A DNA stretch of 63,320 nucleotides, filler included, from Syncephalis fuscata S228 (lineage: Eukaryota; Fungi; Zoopagomycota): assembly GCA_025786725.1 (NCBI GenBank). It is 4 parts of 4 records of this genome, joined end to end, with 100 filler letters (N's around TTAATTAATTAA, not from the genome) between each part and the next. Parts side by side here need not be neighbours in the genome. Positions count along the whole stretch, not along the records: positions 1 to 31,464 come from JAHLTZ010000086.1; 3 more parts are not named here. One strand, written 5' to 3'. This document shows, piece after piece, positions 10,416 through 23,540 of the stretch. The stretch's first letter is position 1. Every line of letters begins with the position of its first letter. The notes beneath the pieces were generated by a model that worked only from the letters and a program-made list of their open reading frames with translations, was not told where the DNA came from and made no database searches. The translations under genes and the position numbers were made by a program.

Positions 10416-11371
10416 ATGCATCTGGATGAGCATTTAGCAGACTATAGTGCCATTGAGCTTCTTCAAGAAGCTCATAATGTAAAAGAGTTACAGGCCCGAT
10501 TCGTCAGTATACGAGGCCAGACAGCCATTTCCACAGCTTTATTATGTATATTTTTACGTAATACTTACTATGCTTTGTGCGTTATCTTTCGGCGTCCTGA
10601 CCGACTTGCTTCTTGGTGCTGTCTATTTATGTGTATGACTGGCACTTTAGTCCTGGCAATCACCTTGCTAGGATATAACTTGACAGGCGAGATTTCATGT
10701 CGAGAATCAACATGGATGCAAGCTATTGGCGATGTTATCTTTAACACAGTCATCAATATTATAATGCTTGAACGCGCATATCTTGCTTACCGTCGCAACA
10801 AGTGGATGTTAGTGTTTGGCATTCCTATTCTGATTATTCCACCTGCTTTATATCTTTATGTTTTTTCGAGCGATGTTGTAGCACATTTTGACACTGAATA
10901 CGCATGTCATACAACCTATCCTAAATATATCCCCTATGTCCACGCCCTTTTAGACTTACCGGCGTGCATTGTCTTTTCTGTTGCATTTTTCATCGTAGTC
11001 TATCGCCAATATAGCTTGGTTGGACATCAGTGTTGGCAAAAGCTAGCACGCGACGGTATTATCGCTATGCTTGCCATTATTTTTGCCGACATTTTCTGCT
11101 TGATTGGCAATTTGGCATTTCCCGTTTATTTAATGAATGATATTATTTTTCTGCTTGACTGGTAAGTTTAGTATGAATACAATGAATTAGCAAGCTAACA
11201 CTGTTATTTAGGGGAGGCCTTTCAACCTTGATAGTCAAGCATGCACATGATTCAGTATTTAAACACAAATATTCCATGGACACAAAAACCCATCCCATAG
11301 CTAAAACAACACAATTTGTTCAAACAAGTATTACGGCTAGTGAATTCACGAGAATAACATTGGATTATTGA
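10416..11371 (+). CDS. multi-pass (7TM/GPCR-like) membrane protein
   Basis: About 7 hydrophobic segments, ERAY motif, one intron 11162-11211, stop at 11369-11371. Confidence 0.7.
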
Positions 11372-11811
11372 TATATTTCAATGAATTATTTATCACTTAA
11401 ATAGACTATTTCAAACGTATTTATATCCAGGAATAATAAAATTTTGCATAGCGATTATTGTTCATATTTGTAATATAGCCAATTATCTGCAACTACAATA
11501 AAACATCATATAAAACATTGTTATCAATCATACTCAATACACCAAATTTTCGGTAATCATCATAAATGTAAAACAATTTTAATAGAGGCATCAATATGAT
11601 TACAAGCATTATCACTTGGTAGTGTTTGCTTTTATTTAGATATTGTCAATGCTTATAACCAGTAATAATTAACACTAATGAAATAATAATAACTTTTCGA
11701 CCACATGTTCTAAATAGTGTTTTAAAAAGCAGAAGTAACAGCCAACATTGTTACACTTTCTATCGCATGACCATCCCTTTACGTTAAACAGCTATACTGT
11801 GTAGAGTTAGC

Positions 11812-12976
11812 ATGAGTACAAACCTTGACGATTTTCCTAGCTTTTGCTTTGGAGCAGGTGTATTTAGTGGAGCCTACAATTCAATTACTGAAACCAATGC
11901 TTATGCTGCTATTGAACAAGCACTAGAACGAGGCATGTTGACCGTTTGAATCTATTACAGCCGCTAACTCGCTAATGATGAACACTAGGTGTGCGTATGT
12001 TTGATACAGCACCTTATTATGGACGCAGTGAAATAATACTTGGCAAGGCACTACAACGAGTAGTAAAGCGTTTTCCACGCGATCAATATCTTATTTCTAC
12101 CAAGATAGGGCGATATGGACCAAAACGTGCCGATTTCGACTATTCAGCCTCTCGAGTACGGCAAAGCATCAAAGAAAGCTGTGATAGACTAGGTGTTGAC
12201 AAACTAGACATTGTATTCTGTCACGATGTTGAGTTTGTTTCAGAGGCTCAGGTATTGGATGAAGCATTACCAGCATTGTTTGAACTAAAGGTAAATAGTA
12301 TCGATAGTTTAATTGATGGCACTTGTAATAGTAACTGATTGGTTGTAGGAACAAGGCTTAATCGGTCGTGTAGGCATTAGCGGTATGCTATAGACTATAA
12401 TTATATACTTGTACTTATTTGTTTATAGGCTATCCACTGGATGTTTTGTTGAGTATTGCAGAGAAACAAGCTGCACGTAACCAGCCACTTGACATCTTAC
12501 TTAGCTATTGCCATTATACGCTGCAAAGTACGCTGTTGAAAGAGTATAGTCCTCGATTTAGAGCCACTGGCATATCTCGAATTATAAATGCATCTCCACT
12601 ATCAATGGGTCTATTTCGTGATGCAGATCCACCAGAATGGCATCCAGCTAGCCAGGAACTTCGACAAACCGCCCGACACTGTGCAGCATTGTGTCATGAA
12701 CAAGGGTGTTCAATCGCAGATATTGCCCTTTATTTTTCAATGCAGTTTACTGGTGCTGATACTATCATTGTAGGTTGTTCTACACCAGAGGAACTTGACT
12801 GTGCATTGGATCGTTTCATGGAAATTCATGGCCCAAATCAATCTGCAATACACTCTTTTGGCACAAATAATAATGGATACGATAAGGCGCACTATACGTC
12901 ATGTCTAAAGCAAATCCAGCTTTTATTGGCACCTTATCATAATGTTTCATGGGCATCTCCTCCTCCTGATGCTTAA
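11812..12976 (+). CDS. aldo-keto reductase (L-galactose / D-arabinose 1-dehydrogenase-like), spliced
   Basis: FDTAPYYGRSE, STKIGRYG, DIVFCHDVEF, NASPLSMG, PEWHPA; first intron is GC-AG (11933-11988). Confidence 0.88.
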
Positions 12977-13153
12977 TTATATAAAATGCTCATTTTAACA
13001 TAAATACCAATCATTGTCATCAGTGTCATATTTTATATTCATTAGAACACAATTGCCAACAATAAACACCATAATCTATCACAGCATATTATTTAATTAT
13101 TATCAGGCAGTATAGCATTATAAAATGTTTGTTCATCCATCTTATTCGTTTAT

Positions 13154-13736
13154 TTATTTCTTAATAGTTACATGATTGGGCGTTGTTGATACTTTGGATG
13201 GTTTGGTTGGTATAGTATGCTTTTCAGGGCTCTCTTGACCTTTATTAGAGCAAGTAGAAGTATCATCGCCAAATATACGTCGGCGAGCAGCCTCATAGCT
13301 CTTTTGTCGTTCATCGATAGACGGCGACGCTGCTGCTTGTTTGTTTGCTCTTTTGTCTATCGTTTCTTTGGGTCGTTGAAGAATCTTTCGCTAAATATCT
13401 AATGGTTATTCATAATAACATAGTAATTATTCCGCTATCTACTTGCCTCTGGCACATATTGAGTACGGTCAGGATTATTATGCACAACTATTACATGTTC
13501 ACCGCGATTTCTATTTGTCATTATTAGTATAAATTGTAAATACAATACGTCTACTTACGCCTCTTCCCATAGTTGTTGATTCCTGGCATGTTCGGTCGAT
13601 AAGCCTTGAATAGGCAAAGGCTCCAACTAGACTATCGATCAGTATGCATTGCACAGTAGAATTGCCTACTTACTCCGGCGTCTTCGGCCGCCTCCCAATC
13701 ATCGTAACAGTCATCTTGGTTGTTAATGCTACTCAT
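13154..13736 (-). CDS. small SUZ-domain protein (SZRD1-like), 4 exons
   Basis: Spliced reading DDWEAAEDAG..QQLWEEAN..RKILQRP..ERQKSYEAARRRIFG; one GC-AG intron (13391-13446). Confidence 0.7.
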
Positions 13737-13879
13737 TGATAAATAGTGTGGATATGGCTAATGAAATGTTGAATTGGCAAGGCCTTGTTTCACCAATAAT
13801 TCAAAGACAGTTGATCAATTAAAATTAGTTACTATTATTATTAAATACTGTAACATCATAAGTAAACGGGTGAGTTGTG

Positions 13880-16735
13880 TTAAATTTGTTAATAATGAAG
13901 TTAGAACAAACATAAAAGCAGTTCTGGATAAAGGAAGACTAGGCGAGTATAGAATAGTATATAAAATGGTAAATGTACGGTGAGAAAGCATATAAAACGA
14001 TGTCAAAGCTATAGTGTGTATAGCATAATAAGTGGAGTGAATAAAGTATATTGAAACATATAAACAATAGAATGTGTCTAGTATGTTATAAAATGGTATA
14101 TATCATTATAGAATAAAATAGAATGATATAGGTGAATAAAGTATATGTGTACTGAATATATGCATACTGGATAATGAATCTACAACGATGAGTATTTGAT
14201 GATTGATGTTACTCACTATCAACTAGCATGTTCAATAGATTAGATGCTATTAAATGTAGCCATTTGACCACCGGATCATGTTAAATGGCAATAAATAAAA
14301 CAGCAATAAATAAATCATTGGCACTATTATTAAAATAGTTGGCGTAGATGCAGTATTGAATGTAGCTACTTGTAATCTAGCCATTCAAGTATCAGTGACT
14401 TTAATTGAATACATGTACCAGTATTTTAGTTTTAATAAACATAATAAGCACAACATTAGACAAACTAGTAATGGAGTCACAGTGTTATGTTGATTCAGCA
14501 AACACCTCATGCGCTTCTTTATTAAATCTACCATTTCAATGTAATATATGTGTAATGCCCACCACCTCCCTCTTTATTACCACCACTTCAATCAAACCAA
14601 AGCATTTAGCAGATGCGCAATAGCAATGCCAGTTAGTGTTGGGTAATATAAACCAGATAAGTATATGTCCCATTTAGAATCCAGCCCAAACAATAGTACC
14701 AACGACAGTATACAGTATTGTTGTCGATGCTTGTGCCAACGAATTCTATAGTTGGTATTGTAAGTTGCATGCAAAATATTTGTGTCCGATAACAAATGCA
14801 GTTCAGATATACTTGTTGATCCGGCACCAATGGTTGAATAGCTATAATAAAAGTGCGTTAGTATTGTTTAGTAGTAATAAGCACCTACATCTAGTTGATT
14901 GTTCCTTGCGTATAGTTTATAGTGTACACGAGTGTAGTTGTTTGTGTATTGTTGTTATTTGTTATACAAATAAACTAGAAATGTTGTTAAAAGTTGTTAA
15001 ACAAGATAGCAGCTAATATAGCAACTATACGTCCACCTGGAGTACCGGCAATACTACGACTTGGGCGTAAGTAACATTTGTCGGATGCGTACAGCTCTAT
15101 ATTAGCTGCTATCTTGATGGCAATGCTGTTCAATAAATGTTACAAAATGCCATGGCAATTCAAGCGTAGCAATAAGCTGCACCAAACTATGGATTCACCC
15201 ATTTGTAGTTGATGTCTAGAGCTGAACACATGAACACCACAACATATTACAACTAAACAGCACATAGCCATATACTGATATGTCATTAAATGATTGTAGA
15301 ATAACTGCTAGCTTTCTCTACAATACAATCGATAGTAGAGCTACAATTCTATTTCAGTCGCCATTGCAGAGGACCTTCGGTCAGTCAAATTAATTTTCGT
15401 GTAACGCAGTCGAAAATCAAACAGTATGGTAGCTAGTGTTATTACAATCGTTTAACAACACCCACAAGTAAACAGTGTAATGCATGGTATTCAGTACGAA
15501 TAAGCCATATATCACACCAGTCCAGTGTGCAATGATAGTATCAGCAAGTTGAAGGCTATCAAACACACCTCCAGTGCACGTTCAATACAAGTGAGCACTA
15601 ACATATGACCACCCATACGGGTCGCCGCATCAACATGAGGGGAGTGCCAGCAATACTGACTTGCTAAACACAGTACTGCACACCCTGTTATCCCACATAT
15701 CTCCGCACTATGCTAGTATATAGCCGCCTAGTGCAGGCAACCATATAGTTGCTGAGCTAGTATAACACAATAGTCTGCACTATTGTACTCTACATTCAAC
15801 ACAGCTCAAATGCATAACGCAGTATATCGTGATCAACCAACAAGGAGGTCACACACCACTAGATATAGCTACTAGAACATATGCTTTCAGCAACAAGCGG
15901 TTTACAGCATATTAACAACTAGAAACAAGAGAAAGCGAAGTAATGAGCAAAAGTACGCTCAGCACAGCCTTATAAGCTTATTCCAAAATATATCCACCAA
16001 TTAGAATGGACAATATTGGTAGAGTACATGGCGACTGTTTATTGGTGTATTGCGCCTGGCTGGACCATTTTGGTGCACGGATGCCATTTCACCACTAGAT
16101 CAGATGATAGTCCCTTTTTTATTCTACACTTGTCCACAAAACAATCATATCTGCACCAGTCGGTTGACTCGATTGTCCATCCAGCTATACTGAAGTGTGC
16201 TTCCATGTCAATTATAAATACAGGTAGCAATAAATATTTTATTAGCAGTTTATGTCTATTCTATAGCAGAATGATAAGCATGTGAATGAATAACAACATC
16301 GCAACTGTATTGCTAGTGATTTAATAAAATAAATGAGTTGATATTTATAAATAACAAAATAGTGTCAAATGAACAGCAGTTTTAGCTAGCGCATATCTAA
16401 TGTATTATACAGTTATAGAATATCATAAATATACAATGAGAAAGTATAAATAGCAACATTGAAGCTATATTATTTATTAAGCAATAAAACGATTTAATAT
16501 ATATAACAATATATATTGTCTGTATACCATAGAATAGTATATAGTTGTATGGATATACAATGGAAATGATATAAATGGATGGAGGATATATGCATACTGG
16601 ATAATTGATCTACGATGATGAGTATTATGGACCCTGGCATGATTTACCACCCATTTTCATATTCAATAAAACAAATGTTATTAGATGTAGTCATTTGGCC
16701 ATTAAATCATACTAAATCATTTGTGTTTATTTATA
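13880..16735 (-). mobile_element. composite repeat copy B (inverted; distal MITE truncated)
   Basis: Reverse complement of 20765-23938, nearly identical but lacking the SINE. Confidence 0.85.
14300..16318 (-). ncRNA. rRNA-derived structured element, copy B
   Basis: Reverse-complement copy of 21522-23540. Confidence 0.7.
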
Positions 16736-16804
16736 AAAGAAAGCCAAGATTAACTACAACGATTACTATTTCTTAATTTCTGTCGCGTCAATTATTAATG
16801 GTAT

Positions 16805-19121
16805 TTAATCACGTAACAATGATTGCACTACATGTGGCACATTCATGCCTTTAAGATCGGTGTAAGTTTGACCAGTGCCAACAAATAGAATAGGCTGACC
16901 AGTAATAAATGTCATTGACAATGCAGCGCCAACCTAATAGCAATAACAATAGCGTGTTAGTCAGAACAAATAGTCAATATTAAATAGCTAGAGCATTAAT
17001 GTAAAGCATACCTTATCATCTATAGTATCAAATTTTGTTAATATAATACCATCAATTTGACGCGGATGCTGTAGTCCAGAGAAGTCTTTTAATGCTTGAT
17101 TGAATTTAGTTAATTGATCGACAGCCTCATTACCCACTAATGCTTCTCCTACAAATATAATCTTGTCAGGATTATTGACACTGACAAGCTATAGGCCATG
17201 ATTAGTAAACACTACACCAACAAATATGATTAAATAAGCTACCTTGGACAAGGATCGCATTAATGGTTCATTATCTTGCATACGTCCTGCTGTATCCACC
17301 AAAACTACATCGAATTTATTGGCCTTGGCTATTATACATTACATTAATAATTGTGTTTTAGTCGGTACTAATCTATTGATAAATTAAAACTTACCATAAC
17401 TAATGGCATCTTTGGCAATACCTGCCGCATCTTTACCATAGCCACGTTCATACAATTCAATACGGGCCGTCTTTTCAAGTGCACACAAATTACGTGCATG
17501 TACACGCAGCTGTTCTACTGCACCTGATCTAAATGTATCACACGCAGCAATAAGCACGCTAAGCTTATTTTGAAGTAGCCAGAAGCATGTTTTTGACAAA
17601 TTGGTCGATTTACCAACGCCGTTGACACCGACAAACACCATTGTGTAAGGGCGATGCTCATCACGAGCGGCAAATACATCACGTAGTACATCGAGTGAAG
17701 TACGTGGTGTAAGAATACGAGTTACTGCCGTCTCCATTTGTCGCTTCACTTCTGCCTTTACACCTTTACATCACCAAACAATATTAGTTGTCAGGTAGAC
17801 CATTGAGCCATAAACCTACTCTTGAATGTACCAAGTCGACGACCTACAATACCGCTAGAAATAGATTCACACAAATGGTCAGCAATATGAGCTGCAACAT
17901 TCTTATTAACTAAATGCTCTTTCATTGCTCTCATCACTGGTGCCAAATCCGATTCAGTCACCGCCGCTTGACCAGTAATACGTTGGAAGAATGACATCAT
18001 ACCACTTGGTCCAGCTTCATTATGGCCGTCGTCATCATCATCATCCTCTTCGTCGTCGGAATTGCCCATAGTACGAACATTGTATATGCCACCCGATATT
18101 TGTTCGCCCAATGCTGATCGATCAATCTATCGAAATACATCAATATTATTGGCAACATTACCATTTATTGCACTTACCAATCGCTCTGCATCAATCGTAT
18201 TATTTGCCGTAAGATCACTTTGACCGCTAAAATCAAGTGTTTTTGCTTGTTCTTCATTATACGTGTCATCCCATACTCGTGGCTTACGTGCTGAGTTCTT
18301 TGATTCTCTATCGTCGCTCGTTATAAACAAATATAGCCAGTAAATATTGATTAGCTTACTTTTTGGGTTTATCCTTATTACCACGTCTTCCTTTGCCATG
18401 TCTCTGTACTCTTGGTGAATCCACACCGACTTGTTCGTCCTCATCGTCATTAGTTTCAGATGCATGGCTGGATGCACTTGTATTGACCTTTTTGCCTACA
18501 CCATTTAATAAACAATTGAATATTCTATTAAAGCCTAATTACCTTTACCACGGGATGCTTCCAATGTATTCTGATACTTTTTAGTTTCCTCAAATCGACG
18601 CGGTGCTTTGGTGGCACGAGACTAGTGATAATAAACATCAGTGTCACAGTACTATGGGTTTATATACTTACTGAATACTCTCGTTCCTCTAGTTTCCGCG
18701 TAATATTGTTATATTTAATATCGAATTTGGCAAACTGATCTTGTGGCAGTACGATGGTTAAGCAGCTAACCAAAATGTCGGAAAACATGTCGGTGAATGC
18801 CCGTCGTACGCCAAGTAACAAATCTTCTACATAGGCTAACTGTAGAATCTTTTGGTAAACTGCCTGATAACACTAGTAGTTAGACCAACTGTATAGATAT
18901 AGGTATATACAGGTTCAACCTACTACAAAGACAAGATTCAGTTCATTGGCCAACGTCCACTGTACGGTATAAGAGCCACTTTCAAAAGCCCGTTGTCCTG
19001 TACGCTCCTCCACTAATACTTCGCGTACCAGATCATCTACTGGATTGCTTTGTAGCGGTGAGAAGGAACTCGACCACAGAACTATACCGCCTCGAGTGAA
19101 GATTGTGAAATGATCCAGCAT
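16805..19121 (-). CDS. SRP101: signal recognition particle receptor alpha subunit, spliced
   Basis: [16 protein letters not shown] longin start; [45 protein letters not shown]. Confidence 0.93.
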
Positions 19122-19271
19122 GTTTGAATAGATGCAAGTAAAAGGTACGTAAGAATAGTAATATTAGTAAACGAAAAGCGATAACAGTCAATGATAACCA
19201 ATAAACACCAGTTTCAAAAAGTCAATGATAATCAACAATAAAGGTCTGATGGTAATTAGGTGATTAATTGT

Positions 19272-19568
19272 CTAATAATGATTATAATAATGTGAAGAAA
19301 TAGAAGTATTTATTTTTTTTGAAGCTGTCGTCGATGCTGATGGCACTAGCTTATCTGCAATCGTTGAACTAGTTGTGCTTGCCTTATTGGCAGTGTTAGA
19401 AGCCTCTTTAGCTGTATCTTGGTCGACGGCCTGTTTGACACACTCTTTAACTTGCTTAGTTGCATCAGATTGGTTATTGTTTGCAGTAGTAGGCATTGGC
19501 GGTGGCTGGTCATGGAAAGGTGGCTGTTGCGCCATCTCTTTACGCAATGCATCGATATTCAGTGGCAT
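19272..19568 (-). CDS. small hypothetical low-complexity protein
   Basis: ATG-initiated ORF (MPLNIDALRKEM...) with protein-like composition; no recognisable domain. Confidence 0.35.
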   Translation of the reverse strand: MPLNIDALRKEMAQQPPFHDQPPPMPTTANNNQSDATKQVKECVKQAVDQDTAKEASNTANKASTTSSTIADKLVPSASTTASKKINTSISSHYYNHY

Positions 19569-20042
19569 ATTGAACGAATAAAACAGTAAAGTATACAAGA
19601 TGAATCAAGTGATAATTGCGTGAAAATTAGCTTTATTGCGTTTTATAAATGAATTGCTTCACAACAGTAGATTGAATTAAAATTACGTCATTACTGTTTC
19701 AGTTTGGTTTATATATAATTATATTGCTCTATTTGTTTGACTGTAATATGTCACTCAATATTGATGACCTGCGTAAGTTGTGTAACAAAATGTAATATTA
19801 AAAGATGGCATTCAAAATGTAAAACAAAAAGGAACAAAGGGGTAGGACGAAAACAGCAATAACAAGAAATGATGCTTAAAGGCAGTAGAAAAAAAAGGGT
19901 ATATTTATGATGACAGATATAAACCACATGATGCAATGATCTCGCACACTGCCTGCTTTTACGTATAAATAGAGTCATATTGCACCCAGCATTTGAAATA
20001 AAAATAAGTCCTTTCTATTATTTGAATTTGTTTTATCAGAAA

Positions 20043-20553
20043 TTGTGTGCGCTATCCCGACCCCTGATAACAATGACACCACAGTTGGTGAAGAGTCCGG
20101 GCATGTAGCCATCCTTTACCATTGTCATTGATTATTCGATTTTGCGCTAGCTAATGTCCTGGCCTAAGCCAGTTGGTAAACTTGGTCGTTGGTCCTTAAA
20201 GTTACAAGAATACCGACTCACGATGGAACATCGTCGCGGCATTGGAAATGATAACGCTGCACCATTGCTGTGTTATGTGTAACAAACAGTTTATTTGATG
20301 ACAGGAAAAGGCGTAAATTAAACGTTTTTCATATTAATACCGCACTCGTTATTATATACAATTGGCATAACAAGCACCGTCACATATGAGCTGATTGGAT
20401 TAATTGAGCAAGACAAAATTGAAAAGTGATGTATATATTTAAATTGCAACACCATTGTTAATGGACGGTGGAGAAAGAATGGGAGCATGCCCAGGTCCTC
20501 CACCAATTGTTGTGTCTTTATTATTGGGGAGGGGGTCAGGATAATACTCACAA
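20043..20553. mobile_element. ~510-bp element with ~90-bp imperfect terminal inverted repeats
   Basis: 20043-20131 aligns to the reverse complement of 20458-20553 (tatcc.gacccct, gacac.aca.ttggtg, gggcatg). Confidence 0.6.
20112..20267 (+). pseudogene. Ty3/Gypsy RNase H C-terminal fragment
   Basis: Translates SFTIVIDYSILR*LMSWPKPVGKLGRWSLKLQEYRLTMEHRRGIGNDNAAPL, matching the Gypsy pattern F.I.TDH..L.WL..RW...LQEY...HR.G..N..AD.L. Confidence 0.8.
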
Positions 20554-20828
20554 GTACTGATATACATTAATAAAACAAATTTAAATAATGAATACAGTAT
20601 ATCTTTATTTATGCATAAAACACGGCAGTGTGTAGCGTTATTGCACCACGCGGTTCATATTTTTCGCCACAGATATCAATATATTATAATTACAATTAAT
20701 TATTTAAAGATGCAATACAGAGTTGACATATTGTGTGTCATTTAATATTATTATAAATTTTGTCTATAAATAAACACAAATGATTTAGTATGATTTAATG
20801 GCCAAATGACTACATCTAATAACATTTG

Positions 20829-21148
20829 GATTTGGATTTTATTAGCTTAAGTGAGACAACGGTCCGTAGGACCTAACCGCGCATTTGCAGCATTTGTCTG
20901 CCACCCCTAGGAGAATAGACGGTTCATTTCGAACCTATCCGCGCGCAACGCAGAACCTGCCATCTACAACTGAAACCGTTGGTGGCTCTCCTCACGTGTT
21001 GGAATATCGACCATTTCTTCTACGTCGACCATTTCTTCTACGGAAGGATCCCATCACGCATTTCCTGAAAACAAGATTCGAACTAGGCGAACCAACATTT
21101 TCCTACTTTAGGGAAGACGCGTTGACCGTTTAGGCCACCACGCCTCCC
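20829..21148 (-). mobile_element. full-length tRNA-derived SINE (~320 bp)
   Basis: 20-bp TSD actacatctaataacatttg (20809-20828/21149-21168); box A TGGCCTAAACGG (21126-21137) and box B GTTCGAATC (21075-21083) on the minus strand; 3' stem-loop GGTCC-TAC-GGACC; (AAATCC)n tail. Confidence 0.88.
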
Positions 21149-21521
21149 ACTACATCTAATAACATTTGTTTTATTGAATATGAAAATGGGTGGTAAATCA
21201 TGCCAGGGTCCATAATACTCATCATCGTAGATCAATTATCCAGTATGCATATATCCTCCATCCATTTATATCATTTCCATTGTATATCCATACAACTATA
21301 TACTATTCTATGGTATACAGACAATATATATTGTTATATATATTAAATCGTTTTATTGCTTAATAAATAATATAGCTTCAATGTTGCTATTTATACTTTC
21401 TCATTGTATATTTATGATATTCTATAACTGTATAATACATTAGATATGCGCTAGCTAAAACTGCTGTTCATTTGACACTATTTTGTTATTTATAAATATC
21501 AACTCATTTATTTTATTAAAT

Positions 21522-23540
21522 CACTAGCAATACAGTTGCGATGTTGTTATTCATTCACATGCTTATCATTCTGCTATAGAATAGACATAAACTGCTAATA
21601 AAATATTTATTGCTACCTGTATTTATAATTGACATGGAAGCACACTTCAGTATAGCTGGATGGACAATCGAGTCAACCGACTGGTGCAGATATGATTGTT
21701 TTGTGGACAAGTGTAGAATAAAAAAGGGACTATCATCTGATCTAGTGGTGAAATGGCATCCGTGCACCAAAATGGTCCAGCCAGGCGCAATACACCAATA
21801 AACAGTCGCCATGTACTCTACCAATATTGTCCATTCTAATTGGTGGATATATTTTGGAATAAGCTTATAAGGCTGTGCTGAGCGTACTTTTGCTCATTAC
21901 TTCGCTTTCTCTTGTTTCTAGTTGTTAATATGCTGTAAACCGCTTGTTGCTGAAAGCATATGTTCTAGTAGCTATATCTAGTGGTGTGTGACCTCCTTGT
22001 TGGTTGATCACGATATACTGCGTTATGCATTTGAGCTGTGTTGAATGTAGAGTACAATAGTGCAGACTATTGTGTTATACTAGCTCAGCAACTATATGGT
22101 TGCCTGCACTAGGCGGCTATATACTAGCATAGTGCGGAGATATGTGGGATAACAGGGTGTGCAGTACTGTGTTTAGCAAGTCAGTATTGCTGGCACTCCC
22201 CTCATGTTGATGCGGCGACCCGTATGGGTGGTCATATGTTAGTGCTCACTTGTATTGAACGTGCACTGGAGGTGTGTTTGATAGCCTTCAACTTGCTGAT
22301 ACTATCATTGCACACTGGACTGGTGTGATATATGGCTTATTCGTACTGAATACCATGCATTACACTGTTTACTTGTGGGTGTTGTTAAACGATTGTAATA
22401 ACACTAGCTACCATACTGTTTGATTTTCGACTGCGTTACACGAAAATTAATTTGACTGACCGAAGGTCCTCTGCAATGGCGACTGAAATAGAATTGTAGC
22501 TCTACTATCGATTGTATTGTAGAGAAAGCTAGCAGTTATTCTACAATCATTTAATGACATATCAGTATATGGCTATGTGCTGTTTAGTTGTAATATGTTG
22601 TGGTGTTCATGTGTTCAGCTCTAGACATCAACTACAAATGGGTGAATCCATAGTTTGGTGCAGCTTATTGCTACGCTTGAATTGCCATGGCATTTTGTAA
22701 CATTTATTGAACAGCATTGCCATCAAGATAGCAGCTAATATAGAGCTGTACGCATCCGACAAATGTTACTTACGCCCAAGTCGTAGTATTGCCGGTACTC
22801 CAGGTGGACGTATAGTTGCTATATTAGCTGCTATCTTGTTTAACAACTTTTAACAACATTTCTAGTTTATTTGTATAACAAATAACAACAATACACAAAC
22901 AACTACACTCGTGTACACTATAAACTATACGCAAGGAACAATCAACTAGATGTAGGTGCTTATTACTACTAAACAATACTAACGCACTTTTATTATAGCT
23001 ATTCAACCATTGGTGCCGGATCAACAAGTATATCTGAACTGCATTTGTTATCGGGCACAAATATTTTGCATGCAACTTACAATACCAACTATAGAATTCG
23101 TTGGCACAAGCATCGACAACAATACTGTATACTGTCGTTGGTACTATTGTTTGGGCTGGATTCTAAATGGGACATATACTTATCTGGTTTATATTACCCA
23201 ACACTAACTGGCATTGCTATTGCGCATCTGCTAAATGCTTTGGTTTGATTGAAGTGGTGGTAATAAAGAGGGAGGTGGTGGGCATTACACATATATTACA
23301 TTGAAATGGTAGATTTAATAAAGAAGCGCATGAGGTGTTTGCTGAATCAACATAACACTGTGACTCCATTACTAGTTTGTCTAATGTTGTGCTTATTATG
23401 TTTATTAAAACTAAAATACTGGTACATGTATTCAATTAAAGTCACTGATACTTGAATGGCTAGATTACAAGTAGCTACATTCAATACTGCATCTACGCCA
23501 ACTATTTTAATAATAGTGCCAATGATTTATTTATTGCTGT
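21522..23540 (+). ncRNA. rRNA-derived structured element, copy C
   Basis: As copy A; also agctaccatactgtttgattttcgactg (22406-22433) ~28S AGCUACCAUCUGUGGGAUUAUGACUG and gtattgtag..tagcagttattctacaatc ~28S 3' end. Confidence 0.7.
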
